Below, piece by piece: positions 63,825 through 64,000 of a stretch of 64,000 bases of DNA. The DNA is from the human T2T-CHM13v2.0 reference genome, Homo sapiens. The DNA lies in assembly GCF_009914755.1 (NCBI RefSeq), contig NC_060943.1. One strand, 5' to 3'. Below the pieces are notes generated by a model. The model was not told where the DNA came from and did not search any database. It saw only the letters and a program-made list of their open reading frames with translations. Each line of letters opens with the position of its first letter. Positions within the stretch are counted from its first letter, which is position 1. Both the position numbers and the translations under genes were made by a program.

Positions 63825-64000
<176 letters not shown>

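Overview
Human (primate) genomic DNA from the myotonic dystrophy type 1 gene cluster (recognised as chr19q13.3). Four protein-coding genes lie head-to-tail on the minus strand. In transcription order (right to left): the last 20 coding exons of SYMPK (symplekin, 63634-35000), complete RSPH6A (6 exons, 717 aa, 34617-15345), complete DMWD (5 exons, 674 aa, 12246-3733), and DMPK promoter, exon 1 (ATG 1842) and part of intron 1. Exon boundaries were read from the sequence (GT-AG, consistent phases). The DMPK CTG repeat is not in the window. Introns are very Alu-rich, with MIR, L1/L2, MER1, MER2 and MaLR LTR relics. No CRISPR or prokaryotic systems are present, and no wholly new system can be claimed. 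The best leads are: DMWD coding exon 4 appears to be an exonised MIR SINE; SYMPK intron 22 has a candidate intronic poly(A) site (possible autoregulation of a 3'-processing factor); a duplicated CTCF-motif pair; DMPK uORFs; and very tight poly(A)/promoter junctions (SYMPK-RSPH6A, DMWD-DMPK).
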